A stretch of DNA of 64,000 nt from Ramazzottius varieornatus (lineage: Eukaryota; Animalia; Tardigrada): the NCBI GenBank assembly GCA_001949185.1, contig BDGG01000013.1, positions 1,380,617 to 1,444,616 of the forward strand. Reading direction: 5' to 3'. Positions 11,696-24,381 of this stretch are shown here, piece by piece. The number at the start of each line of letters is the position of its first letter. Position 1 is the stretch's first letter. Made by a program: the position numbers and the translations under genes. Below the pieces are notes generated by a model, which had not been told where the DNA came from, searched no databases, and saw nothing but the letters and a program-made list of their open reading frames with translations.

Positions 11696-12186
11696 ATGCC
11701 GTCGGGAAGAGATCTGGAAGCCGGACGGACGGGAGAGCGATCTGCTCTGCTGGGTAACACCGATTCAGACGATGAGCTGCTTGGTGGACCAAGTGGATCT
11801 CGCAGAAGTCCAACCACTGGAAATCGCACAGATGACAAAGTCAGCAACATCCAACAACAAGTCACCGGAGTCATGCAGGTACGTCGGTACAATTTACACT
11901 ACAACAATGTCGAATAAATCGATGGGTGTTTTTTCTTCCGTAGGTGATGCAGGATAACATTAACAGGATCTTGGAACGTGGTGATCGTTTGGATGATCTC
12001 GAAGAACGCTCAGACAATCTCAACGTCAACGCTGACCACTTCAGACGAGGAGCATCTCAAGTACGAAGACGCATGTGGTGGCAGAATTGCAAGATGAAAT
12101 TGATCATTGCCCTGATTTTCATTGCCATCATTACCATCATTATTGTCGTGGCCGTCACACAATCAAACAAATCAACCAAGCAGTAA
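11696..12186 (+). CDS. VAMP4: Vesicle-associated membrane protein 4 (R-SNARE), 2 coding exons
   Basis: ERSALL dileucine plus acidic DSDDE cluster and GPSG, typical of the VAMP4 N-terminus. SNARE VMQDNINRILERGDRLDDL...RRRMWWQNCK and a C-terminal TM. Intron 11879-11943. Confidence 0.88.
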
Positions 12187-12761
12187 CGTCCAGTACCTGC
12201 TTGATGTGCTCCAGAGTCCTGACAAAATTCTAACTGCCTATTCGGCCTTCCATGTGATCACATACATGTTCTTTAATATTCTTCAAAGTATTCTGCTTGG
12301 TTCGGTGTGAGTCACTGTGTCGGAACCAGTTTTATGAGCTTAACTTCTCGGACGGAAGCGGACGATTGTTCTCTCACCTATCCTTTTTCCATGTTTCTTG
12401 TATTTTGCCGTCGAACACATTTACAAGTATCTCAAGGAATGCTTCACAGGTCAGTTAATCTCACTAAAGTTTGTGCAGAAAATGCAGCCCAAATGGGAAA
12501 TGCGGAAATAAACAGAAGGTCAAAAGAAGGAAAAGAAATGTTCATCGTGGAAGAAGCAATATACAATAATATTATCGTGGCTAAGTAACAATCAAACTAT
12601 TAGAACGAGGAACAGCGAATTGCCCTTTGCCGAATTCTGACCAGTGGGGATCAGTGAACACTAAACGGACCGACTGTAAGCCGCCCTACCCCCACACCGG
12701 GCCCACAGCGGGCTTTCTGATCGGATTCCAGCAGCCCACATGAGGCATGACCACGTCGACC

Positions 12762-13862
12762 TCATACTGGGCTTGCATTCGCGTCCGCTGGTGGGCCATT
12801 CGGATCGACCACCAGCTTCCCTCGACTTCGCGGACTGGCAACTGTCGACATCGGTGCGGACTGCACCAACGGCGTTCTCTCGTCAACCATACCAGGTATT
12901 GTCGGAACAGCAGACTTTGGGGGCGTCACAGGGTGCACCTGGTTGTTCCGTCCAGCGTACTTAAACTTCCTGGTCCACCTAGGATCCATCTCCAGTAAGG
13001 CAGCTTGGTAGAACTTTGGGTACTTCCTGTGCGCCATATAGACGTTTACGAAATCCATGTTTTCGGGTATGGGAGGGACTTCCTGCCCGGTCCCCTTCAC
13101 TTGATTCCTCAAGGTCATGAATCGAGTCACTCGAGTCATGGTGGTTTGTTGTTCGAGGGACAGAGGCATCTTGTGGGTGAACTTTCCTGTCCGGAAAGGC
13201 AGAACAAGTTGAGCTGCCTTACTCCAGAACAACTCTCGTTCGGCTGCATTCAGTTCGGAAATCAGCTCGTATCGCATCTGATCATCCAGTTCTTCTTCCT
13301 CCTCTGGAGATACAGCTGGAGCTGCTGGCTTTTCTGTAGTTGGAGTGGTGGGAAGCTGAGTGTCCTCCGGGGGAGGAACAACGATAATCTCCACAGGAGC
13401 GACTGGAGTGTTCTCAGCAGGCTTTTCTTGAGGAAAATTTGCTGGTGGGCCACCTTTAGACACAAAAAGTTGGTCTGTGGCTTCGGGCTTTTGATCTGCT
13501 GGTGGTAGTTTGTCGGGAGTTTGGTCGAGCAAAGGTTTGTGTTGTTCGTAGAGTTCGATATTTTCATCGTGGCTTCTGCCAATGATGCTGTTTTTGAAGG
13601 AACGGAAGCAGCGAGAGAAGGCTAGGGGTATCTGTCTGAGATACCAGCCCATAGTTCGTAGAGCTCGTTCTTCTGCCCTAATACGCTTTACTCGTTCCAG
13701 GGGGACACCAAGGTCCAGAGCATCGGGCTTCGAGAAGGGCCAGTTGGGCTTATCGCAAGGATCGATTGTCTGATCGAGAGGGTCAGGATCACACTTCCGG
13801 AATCTGTCGAGCTTCGCTACGAGGAACTTTTGATCCATCTGTTGCTCGATCTGCCTTCGCAT
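12762..13862 (-). CDS. 366-codon ORF of unknown function (Pro/Glu-rich middle); probably the terminal exon of the TMEM249-like gene
   Basis: Long ORF preceded directly by a polypyrimidine/CAG acceptor at 13865. It joins in frame to a GT donor at 14178. Confidence 0.6.
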   Translation of the reverse strand: MRRQIEQQMDQKFLVAKLDRFRKCDPDPLDQTIDPCDKPNWPFSKPDALDLGVPLERVKRIRAEERALRTMGWYLRQIPLAFSRCFRSFKNSIIGRSHDENIELYEQHKPLLDQTPDKLPPADQKPEATDQLFVSKGGPPANFPQEKPAENTPVAPVEIIVVPPPEDTQLPTTPTTEKPAAPAVSPEEEEELDDQMRYELISELNAAERELFWSKAAQLVLPFRTGKFTHKMPLSLEQQTTMTRVTRFMTLRNQVKGTGQEVPPIPENMDFVNVYMAHRKYPKFYQAALLEMDPRWTRKFKYAGRNNQVHPVTPPKSAVPTIPGMVDERTPLVQSAPMSTVASPRSRGKLVVDPNGPPADANASPV

Positions 13863-14146
13863 TCCTGTACAATGAACAAAAAGACAGAATCATTAAAACA
13901 GGGTGGAAGGAGCTCGAGGAGCTGGACCTAATTTTGTCCACTACGTCACGAAGTAGTCGTAGGCACTTCAGGCTTGTGGTGTATGAGTGACGTACTGCAC
14001 AAAGTTTCAGCCAGTGGACAAAGTTAGGTCCAGCTCTTACTGTAAGGTGTTGTGACACCGAACGTGTCGTACGTACGGTAGTACCTGATGATGGTAGCTG
14101 CCGTTTTTTTCTACGTATACATGGATCCCTGAGCTGTGGTTGATGG

Positions 14147-14895
14147 CTAAGTTAGAAGTGACACTGAACTATTTGTACCTGGATTCTTGTGCATAAGGTT
14201 GTCGAGATGTCTCGTTGTCGGATGTCGACAGTCATGAAGTGGTGACAAGTCCATGATATCGAAATAGTTTACGTGGAGGGTCTCGGCCAGCCTTTTACCG
14301 ACTCTGCGGTAGAGATTGCCATTGGCACTAAGTTGCGTAAACTCGATTTCAGGGATATACTTCGCGCCAATAGCTATGTGATAAAACATGTCTTCTTCGC
14401 CGGCGAAGAGGACTTTCATCCGGACATAAAGGTCGACTACAGGACCCACGGACATAATCTGTTCTCCAATGTAATACTCGTAACGGAACTTCGGGTAGTT
14501 GAGTACGATCGTGTGCGACCATGAAAACCTCCATATGAGCCAGAAGGCAATGAATGTGCCGATGACAGGAAAGAAAAGGGTGTCAATGCGTGTGATATAG
14601 TTTGCTGGATCACCGGTGAATATTATTGCAAAGTAGATTCCACAGGCGAGGAGTAACCAAAAAGCTGTTCTCAAATGATTGGTGTATTTTTTTGAGAAGA
14701 CGTAAACGCCGTATGTCCTCCGTTCGAACGGATATGCCGGATTGACCCTCTACAAAGACAAGAAAGCAATCATTCAGAGCGAATTCAGAGCGGAACAGTG
14801 CAAGTCGTACTTACAGAAAATTTGACAAGTTGACTTTCTGGTGCTCGAAAAGCCCAAGTTTTCAAACGCTTCTTGAACGTGTGCCAGTTGCACAT
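14147..14895 (-). CDS. TMEM249: TMEM249 / DUF4579-like two-TM protein
   Basis: Exon 1 MCNWHTFKKRLKTWAFRAPESQLVKFS is spliced to RVNPAYPFERR...LRTAFWLLL. Two hydrophobic segments follow, then YEYYIG...LYVRMK...GKRLAETLHVNYFDIMDLSPLHDCRHP, which matches my recall of TMEM249 motifs. Confidence 0.7.
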
Positions 14896-16052
14896 GCTTG
14901 ATTTCAGACATTAGGTATGTAAAGTGAAAGTATCCGTAGGCCAGCCAAAAACATGCAACGCTGTCCACTTCCGGGTATGGCTCGAACGTAGCTCAATCAA
15001 CACTTTCGCTCAGAGAAGCAGTGCCCTCGCAACAGTAACCAATTAAACATGGATGGAGCTACTAGCAAGCTAACGGCAATGATCCTCTAGATTTGCTACA
15101 GATGTATCGATATCACGGCACAAATGGAGGGTTCTACGCACTTTGTGACGTGCGGCGGAAAACAGGAGAGTGCTGCTTTTAGCAGGCCATCGGTGGATTA
15201 ATTCATCGTTTTGGAGTCCTGGTCAATGCTAATCAGATCGGTTGCAGACACCCAGATGTAGACTTTGAATCGTTGTATTGGATTGCGCGTACGAAACATG
15301 GAGAGACTAGGCATGGCAGCTACCCGGCCATGCAGGAGAACGTTCTACTGTAGTATCCATAGACCACTGTTCTTCTTTTAGCTGTCGTATGGCCAAGGCT
15401 CTCGACAGGAAATTATGTGTGATTTTGGTTTTTTACTTCTACAATGTACTTGAGCGAGTTTTGTAGTGTATACGAGGTAGCCGGCATGAAGATTACAAGT
15501 CGGAAATTCCGGCCTGGACATTGCAGCCCAACATTGTTTTCCATGCTTGATGGTCTGATCTTACTACACCTCTAGGCTTTCTAATATTGCGCGCCACCCC
15601 TCTCCCTTACAAGGCTCACATGATCACTTTTTAGCAGTTTGACTCCTGTTTTGCCCCCTAAAGGTTTGTAAAGAATGGGAACAAGTTTTTCCTAATTTAG
15701 ACACCAAGAAAGACGAGATATAAACAGAGAAAACCAAAATCGAGACTTCGACTTCTAATCTGAATGCCTGTTGCCTCGTCCCTACTTTTGCAGTGTACCA
15801 CATACATCCCTACTCGGGAGCACGTGACGACGGTTACCATTGATTAATACTGTAAGACGTTGTGCTCACAAGTAGAGATACGCATTTTGTGCACTGTAGC
15901 TTGAAGCCACAAAAGAAATCATCGTAAAAACCGCAACGAAGACTTGGGCAACACGGCCCACACCATTCCGTGAACTTTACAGTCCGTTATCAAAATGACG
16001 TCTAAAAACCTGCGCTTCGTGCTCGTTAGCGGCGTAACATGGGCAAGAAATA

Positions 16053-17715
16053 CTACAACGTAGGTTTATCCCAAGGTTGTCTTTTGGCGGTTGCAAATCC
16101 TCCGTAGAGTACTGAGGCCAGGGCGTACAGCCCAGCCGATATCAAGAAGACGCTTTGCCAGTTGCCGATACTCTGACCATTAGGACCTTTCGTCAGCACT
16201 CCAACCACATATGGCGCCACGATACCACTGATCACTCCCGCACCATTCCCTAATCCCGTCAGCACACTCGAATACATCACTGACATGTCGCTGTACGCCA
16301 CCACATGACCGGCGAACACGGCGCCCGAGCACCCAACTCCAATGGTAAACAATGCGATAGCTAGAGTGCTGTTACATCCAGAGTACGCCACACCCACTAA
16401 GCACAACCCGCAAGTAACGAAGGCGAACACGGACATTGACTTTCGTAGAGTCGTTCTCGAACAGAACTTCTTGACTAAAATCCAATCAGCTAGGTTGGCC
16501 GAACATATGGTCAGGATCCAGCGAACGAGGTACGGCATTGCAGAGATGAGTCCATTGGACTGAAGGGAGAAATGATGGATATTACTGAGGTAAGTGGGAA
16601 GGTTTGCGACGATGGTGAAAAATCCATACTGGTAACAGAACTCCACAATGAAAGTAACCAACAGCGGAAGAGTCGTCAAGATTTTCAACCACGGTACACT
16701 GCGAGGCGTTTTTAGTTTCAGGCCTTTTTCTCTGTAAAGTGATAGGGAGGATGTGATGTATTCCCGTTCCTCCGCGGAGATCCAAGGGTGTTGTTGGGGT
16801 GTGTCGTATGCGATAAAAGACCAAAGTACAGCCCAGACGATGCAGAGGGTACCAAAGCAGTAGAATATGGCTTCCCAGTTGAACTTGTGGGCGAGTAAGC
16901 CGGCGACGTACATGCCGAATACTGTGCCGAGTTGAGTTCCGCTGTACGAGACGGATACAAGGCGACCGCGTTCCAATGGTGGCGCCCACGGACTCCAAAG
17001 CGCGGCCACCGTGGGCCATATGATACCCTGTGAAACACGGTCTGATATGGCATAGAGTTGATGTAAATGTAGATTGTTGTCGGGATTATAATACCTGGAA
17101 GATTCCGATCGTGAAGCGAACAGCGAAGAAAAGCCAGACGCCACCTGTCGTGACTGCCAACGGGGATAGTAAAGTCAGGATACCGGTGAGTAGCATGCAA
17201 AGGGCAAAAGGTTTCTTGGCACCGAATTTGTGGGCAATCCATCCACCGGGAACCTGGGAGATCAGGTATCCGTAAAAGAAGGAACCGTGTAGGATACCTT
17301 GAGTTTCCGAATCCCAGTTGAACTTCCGCGATTCCTACAAGAATACACTTAAGATCATGAAGACGACGAAGGCAAAGTCAGACTGCATGCTGCAAGGCGC
17401 TATACATACCACGTATCCGGAGAAAACATTCTGTATTGGCAAGCTATCATTGATAATACTCTCCACTCCTGTTTCATTCAACGCGGTAGCCGTCGGGTTC
17501 GGGCACACATCTGTGGAGCTCGAGATGAAAGTGGTATTTCGGACCAACGGTACAGTCATGGCGACCATGGAGATACTCAAAGCGATACGGCTAGCATAAT
17601 AGAAAACCATGCCCAGGAACGTCAGGGCCAAGAGTCCATGGCGATGACCAAGACGGCGACTGTCGTACTCCCTTGGTACTGCAAGCAAGTGTTTTTCCAA
17701 GAGCAATGGATCCAT
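16053..17715 (-). CDS. SLC17 family (sialin/VGLUT-like) MFS anion transporter, paralog 1
   Basis: RIALSISMVAM, FNWDSETQGILHGSFFYGY, WAPPLERGRL, PQQHPWISAEE, VPWLKIL, LPTYL, WQSVFLISA, AKRQPWD. Confidence 0.9.
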
Positions 17716-18006
17716 TTTGACGTCGAATTTCACTAGCTCTGACAAGATTGCCTAAGCCCTATATACTTTCTCCGGGTGAAAACTTACAGACGTTTCTGCA
17801 GGAGAAGCCCGGAAAGACCACAAAAAGTGCGGCCGTCATAACTTTACGAGCAGTCAAACTCTTATCTGTTGCAATTGTCATCTCTGTATGATTTTCTTTA
17901 TCTTTTAAATACTTTAATCACCTGAAACATGCCGTCACTTCCTCATGCAAACGACTGAACGTTTCACCCTATATATCAGACAGCGAAAAATCAAACGTTG
18001 TGAGTA

Positions 18007-19993
18007 TCACAGAGAAGGCCTGTCCCAAGACTGCCGTTTAGCGGTTCCGAAAATCGCAAAAAGCAAAGACGCTAAGCCTAACATCCCGCCTGCGATCAGA
18101 AAGACCATCTGCCAACCAGCAATACTCCGTCCACCTTCCGCCTCCGTCAACGCCCCCACAACATAGGTGGCGATGATGCCGCTGACTACCCCAACACCAT
18201 TGCCCATTCCCATCAAGATACTCGAATAGTTAGGTGACATGTCGCTGTACGCCACCACGTGTCCGACCAGCGCTCCCCCATTGAAACCGATACCGATGAT
18301 GAAACATGTCACCGCTATCGTGCTACTGCAGCCAGAAAATGCCACACCAACGAGGCAGCTTCCGCATGTAGCGAAAGCACCGCACGACATGATTTTCCTT
18401 AGGGTGGTGGCTGAACAGTACTTCCTGGTCAGGACAAAGTCAGCAATACGACCAGCTGACAAAGTGACGACCCAACACAGTAAATACGGCAGCGCGGAAA
18501 GCGAACCTGTCAAGAAGAACTATCAGACAGAGAGACCTAGAGAAAGTTTGCGTTTTTTACCGTTTGACTTGATCGAAAAGTGGTGAATGTTGTTGAGGTA
18601 TGTTGGGAGGTAGAATATGAGCGTAAAGAAGCTGCCTTGGTTGCAAAACTCGACAGTCAGTATGACCCATACGGGAAAGGAAGTAAGGATGGACTTCCAT
18701 GGAACTTCTCGGTTCTTATCCGCCTGAGAACCGAGCAGTTGTTTCCGTGATGGATCATTGTCAGGATTGATAGCCGTAAGAATGTAGTCCCGTTCCTCTT
18801 TGGAGATTCTTGGATGAGACTGTGGTGTGTTGTGAGCGAGGAGGGTCCATAGCAGGACCCAAACTAGGCAGATTGCTCCGAAACAGTAAAATATGGCGCG
18901 CCAATCGTAGCGCTGTGCGAGATCGCCGGCAACGCACATGCCAAAGACGGTGCCAATGTGGGCGCCACTATACGTGACGGAAAGTAGGCGACCGCGCTCC
19001 AGCGGTGGTGCCCATTTACCCCACAACCCTCCCATGGTTGACCATATGATACCCTAAAGCCAAAAAAGCCGCTCAAAAGTTCAACTCTCAACATTTGTTT
19101 CCCACACTGAGAGCAATAGCTATCTCGGTCTACACTCAGCATTTGCCAGGGTACGTCATCTCGGATGATACAGAATACCGCCAAGCTCACCTGGACCATA
19201 CCGACCACCACACGGACTGTAAGGAAAAGCCAGACACTTGTACTAGCCGCTATCGGAGATAACAGAGTCATGACAGCAGTAACGAGCATGCTGATAGCTA
19301 GAGGCCACTTCGCTCCCATTCTGTGGGCAATCCATCCGCCAGGCAACTGTGCCAGCAAGTATCCGTACAGGAAGCCGCCGTGAAGGTAGCCTTGTGTCTC
19401 CGAATCCCAATCGAACGTCTTCGCGCGCTGCAAATTACCGAACATATGATCACCTCGAACTTTCCGCAGTGACGTCTCAGCACCCGCGCAGTCTTACGAC
19501 AGTACAGAGAGCTTGTCTACTTAGCTGCAGAAAGAAGTAACTGGCATTTAGGCGTGTAGTTTATTATCAGTAGGGAATAGCGGGCGCGATAATCATGGGA
19601 GTGTGTCAGAACAAGTCTACAAGAAATCGCCGAACGATCGCAACGGCCCGTTCATTGAAATCTTACCGCTGTTAAAGGCCGTGGTGTCGTGGCCGAAGAA
19701 TCTTCGCTCGTATTCCACTGCGACTCCGAGTCTGAAACTTCGGACACTTCCCGCGCATCGTTCGGGAACGGACAAACATCTTGCAGCGACGAGTTCGACA
19801 GGTTCGTGGGATTTTGGACGATCGGGACAGTCATGGCCACCATCGAGATACTGAGTGCAATGCGAGTGGAATACATGAGCAGCATACCCGAGAATGTCAA
19901 CAAAAGTAAGACATGACGCTGCCCAAGTCGGTCACTTCCATATTCGCGCGATACACTCACGGCCGGACTTTTCTCACGGATCCCGCTGTCCAT
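18007..19993 (-). CDS. SLC17 family (sialin/VGLUT-like) MFS anion transporter, paralog 2
   Basis: Same motifs as paralog 1 (FDWDSETQGYLHGGFLYGY, WAPPLERGRL, PQSHPRISKEE, AKRQSWD). Head-to-tail duplicate with an extra intron at ~18510-18560. Confidence 0.9.
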
Positions 19994-20317
19994 TTCAGTT
20001 CCACCAAACGATCTATTACGGTTGCCCAAGCTCCAGATACTGTGCCGAGGACGACCAGCACATTGCCATCACCAGCATTTTAATATGAGATCCCATCGGT
20101 CTCATCCGATCTATATATATCTTATCACGCGCGCAAGTTCGCAACCGCCACGCTTATCAAGTCATATAACGTAGCATTTTATGGGTAGGCCGATAGATAA
20201 GGCCGCGGTGACGGAAAGAAGTGCGAAGTACAACAAGAACGAGAGTTTATTCTACACGCGCAGCATACTCGAGTTTTGGCACTGAAAAGCTGATACAACC
20301 AAGTGGGAGGTTCAAGT

Positions 20318-23300
20318 TCAACCACCCGTCCAGACCACTGTGACAAAATATGCCCCAAAGCTTAAAAGTGTCAATATCACAGAAGTGCCGTTCATTGTTG
20401 CTGCGGAGCTCCTGGTGGATCTCGGGGTATTGGCTTGAGGCGCATTTAGCGACAGTACTGTTTGAACGGGAACCCATCCAGGAAGTAACGTTGTCGGCTC
20501 GGGACAGGTCGAGTTTGGTGGTTTAGTTGGGATGAAGTGTGGACGGGATATTACGCTGGTCTCACTCTGGCCATTTTCAAAAGTACACTTTGATCCAACG
20601 GTACCATTCGAGTAGAATGCCTGAGTGATACGGGTAGCCTCAGGCGTCCAGTTGAAGCTGCGCAAACGGTTCGCCCAGTCAACAGAGAGGACGTCTCGTT
20701 TTGCGACGTGGGTTATGTTGAGTGAGCTCGCAGGTTGTAAAACGATGGGATGGATAACTGTGATATTTCCTTCTGTTGTAATATTCAGTAGATCGATGTT
20801 TGTCCTATGGGAACTCAAAGGAAGTTTTGTACTGCCTGAAGATGCCTGCGCTAACTGCGAATAAAGCCATCATTTTTCGTATAGCGGCAGCCTGACCTAG
20901 TGGGCGCATGACGTCATCGCGGAGTCGTGGAACTACGGTATAGCCGTTTGACGTCATGTGCCAAATAACCGTCCCGGAAGATGCAACACGTACGTTGTTT
21001 TTCTATGGTACACTGGATCGTCACGCAAGTCACACTTACGAGTTGATTATTGATTTGGGTAGTACGATCAGCTGTGGTTGCAGATTTTCTTGCGCCTCCA
21101 ATCCCAGTTGCTCCCCCAAAGATTCCATCAGGTAGGAGGACTGGCAAGATGTCATATTCATCCGCGGATAATACAGGACAGTAGCGAAACAAGTTTCCAC
21201 CCGACTGGAGCTGGAGTTTAAGGCGTCTGTCTCAGGTACGTTGGCTGCGTAACTGCAGTCCAGCAGCAGCTGATCTCCCTGCAAAAATCATCAGTTGACT
21301 ATTCACCTCTCAAAAACCGATGGAAGTATTCGTAAATGATTTCTAAACCTTCAGTATTCTTCTCCTAGGGTATATCCCCCGATTCTCCTGATAGTCCGCC
21401 GCGAGATGGTCATCTTTGAGCAGAGACGGTAACTCGATTCCATCTCGGATTTGTCGCAGTCGTGCGCTCTTCCCGGACGTCCCAGTATGCAACAGCCCAC
21501 CGAACACGCTAACTCCATCATCTAGGAGTGCCTAGAAAAATTCATGAGGTGCACGAGAGAGTCGTTGATTTATGAGGAATATTCTCGGAGGAAAAGAAAG
21601 AAATCCGACGGTTCTGACCTCTTTTGTGCAGGGGTCTGAGCAAAGTCCAAAGGTACGGAGGGTATTAAAGTACGACGGTACGATGACGTCATCGGCAAGG
21701 CCAACGGGTAGCACACCGGCCTCGAACTTGCGCAGCTTGTCGCTCAGATGCATCTTCAAGCCGGAGCTGTCGACACGTCCTACGGACATAAATTTATATT
21801 GCGAAGACGTTTAGCAGACAAATGGAACAATGAGCAATGCTCGTTCGCACTCACTTTGATTACTCGTAGAGAAGTTGTCGAGGGTGTACCGCACACGCAG
21901 AAGCACATAACGATCACTCAGCTCCGGTCCGATGGGATATCCAACATCGTCCGGATACCTCAAGGTCTGTAAGAAATTCCAAACTTGACTTCTTGCAGCA
22001 TTTCTATTTCCACTGTCTAACAAGCTCGATCGTTGTCTTAAATAGTTGATCGGACGTACAGTTCCGCCATTTGCCCAAGCAGCCAGCATCACCGTACAGT
22101 TCCCCAGCACAGGTGCGGAGGAAGTCGCGGAGCCGCAGTCGAAGTTCTTCGGCGTGGTACTAACCGTCACGAAGTCTTGACAGATGTAGACCATCATACT
22201 GCTGACAATCTCGTTGTTTCCTTGTTCCACTCTGGGTTCAACCTGCGAGGCAAAGTAAGATGTAAGCATGTACTGTAAAGTCACCGTCACATTAGAAGAA
22301 GTTCGTAAGATTGGTACCTTTATCAGATGGAGCCTCTTTGAGAATGTGGGAATTTTCTGGAGACTGCATTGCGTGAATTCATCTGTGTTCTCAGGTATTC
22401 TGATCTAGAGAAAGGATAGGAATACAATAAAGTTCTGTTTTCAGTGCATAGTGCCTGAACCAGGAAGTTACCCCGTCCATCAGGATATTCCATTCCAGAG
22501 TTGTAGCTGGCCGAATAGGTTCGCCCATTCGCCGGACGGCCAGACTCTCGTCCAGCAACAAAAGCTTCTTTCCTGTAAAGATTCCGGCAGGTATCGACGG
22601 GCGTAAGATATTAGACGGAAGCTCTTGACCCATCGAGTAGACGATGCGTGTGGTATCGGCCTAATAAAATACCATAAGTGCTATAGGTCTGGTCATCATC
22701 GCCACAAAAAAGGTGTGCTCGATGAAGGCTGGTGTGCATGCCACCACAGAAGTTACAGATCATATTTCAATCAAGTTTACTATTATTTTGCAGGTGGTGA
22801 CACAGCGTACCGTTATCGGCTGATCCATGGAGTCACATGTTTCCAGCTTTCGCCGAACCCGGACGGTCAGTCCCTTGTCGCTTTTTGTCCCGGTTAGATA
22901 TTCCCAGTTCTGTACTGTATCCATCATTACTTGAACTTGCGATCCGTCTGCCGACAACTGCGCCATTCTGTCCTAAAGCGAAAAATACCCATGAGCCAGG
23001 AAGTATTGTAGGACGCGGCAAATGAATCCTCTCAACTCGATTCACACGTGGCGCACCATTCCACATAATAATAGCGGAAATGTGCGCCACTTGAGCCTAC
23101 GATCCGAGCGAGTTTATCGGCGTCCCATGTAGCAAAATTTAGCTCATTCAAGTTTCAATCTCTTGGTTCTACCGTAGCGTTTATGCGGCCAGTTGTGATG
23201 TCAAAATATGCAAACAAAAGATCCGCCCGGGCAAGTCCTCCATCCGGGGATATTCCCAAAGCAATCCATCCTGTAACTTTCACTTGAACCTCAATATCGA

Positions 23301-23457
23301 TGGAGTCACCTTCCACGGCCCATTTCAATGTGAAATTCCCGGCATCGTCGAGATTGATCTCATGCGTACTAAAGTCTTGAGCAAAAGACAATCCAGATAT
23401 CGTTGAGGCAAGGAGAAACCAGAACAAGGAAGAATGCATGATGGTGATGGAACTCAT
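20318..23457 (-). CDS. DBH-like monooxygenase (MOXD1-like): signal peptide, DOMON, Cu2-monooxygenase N/C folds, hydrophobic C-terminus; copper ligands mostly lost
   Basis: DOMON (FTLKWAV, GWIALGISPDGGLARADL, RRKLETCDSMD), then AAWANGG, YPDDVGYPIG, VDSSGL, FEAGVL, GDQLLLDCSY, VLYYP. Multi-exon. Confidence 0.88.
23047..23091. repeat. Type A inverted motif pair in MOXD-like intron ~22973-23172
   Basis: CGTGGCGCA, 27 nt spacer, TGCGCCACT. Confidence 0.88.
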
Positions 23458-24309
23458 TGTAACATACTGCGATAATTTGGCTCTGTCTACATCGATAAAC
23501 CTCGTGGGGTTGTGCGTTGTTACGATCTCTCTGACGACGTTTTCTTTAACGATAATTTTTCTTCGAGGTTCGCTTTCTTTCTTTGCAGAATCTCCGATAC
23601 AGCAAGCACGGCCTTGCTGTTTTGCTGCATACATTTCTTTGGCCCGTGGGCGGCACTAGTATACATTAGCGCAGCGACCTGTTTGTGAATCACAGACAAT
23701 TTTGCGGTTGTAGCTTGCCATCAAGTATTTTGTGCGTACGCTGATGGATCGTTCAGCAACATCGACGAATTTACAGATACTTACCTATATATTCAGCTCG
23801 AAGGTCTACCGCCAACATCACTGCCGAGACTATCTGTGCGGCTTTAGTCTTCTTTGTCACCGAGCTGGCCGTGCAGCACGACGGTCACTGTATTTCACGA
23901 GCCATATGGAAGATCAGATCATAGTCTCATACCGAAAAACGTTTACGCAACATGTCGATAGTAACCGCCAAGCTCATAATTGATACTTACGGAATGGACA
24001 AGAATAACAATACAATACAATGGGCGGGAATACTGTAACGCGAATTTCCATTCGTTTCATCGAGCGCGGTCCTGACAGCATGTCCGATCTGGTCAAACCA
24101 AAAGAACAACCTTGCCTGATTATATCGGAAGTTTGAACTCTTCTAAAATTATCTGCTGTGCAAAGAATAAACCGAAACTTTCCACTTCTCATGTTTGGAG
24201 GGTTCTTCGCAAATCAGACGAGCTATACAGTACCACAGGCAAACGAGGTACGATAATTAGTAAATATTACAGTTGGACAGAATAAGATAAGGCTCTGTTC
24301 AACTAGTTA

Positions 24310-24381
24310 TCCCATGTGGTCTAGTGGCTAGGATTCCGCGCTTTCACCGCGGCGGCCGGGGTTCGATTCCCCGCATGGGAA
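24310..24381 (+). tRNA. tRNA-Glu (anticodon TTC)
   Basis: TCCCATG/CATGGGA acceptor stem, A box TGGTCTAGTGG, anticodon loop CTTTCAC, B box GGTTCGATTCC, followed by a T-run terminator. Confidence 0.97.
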
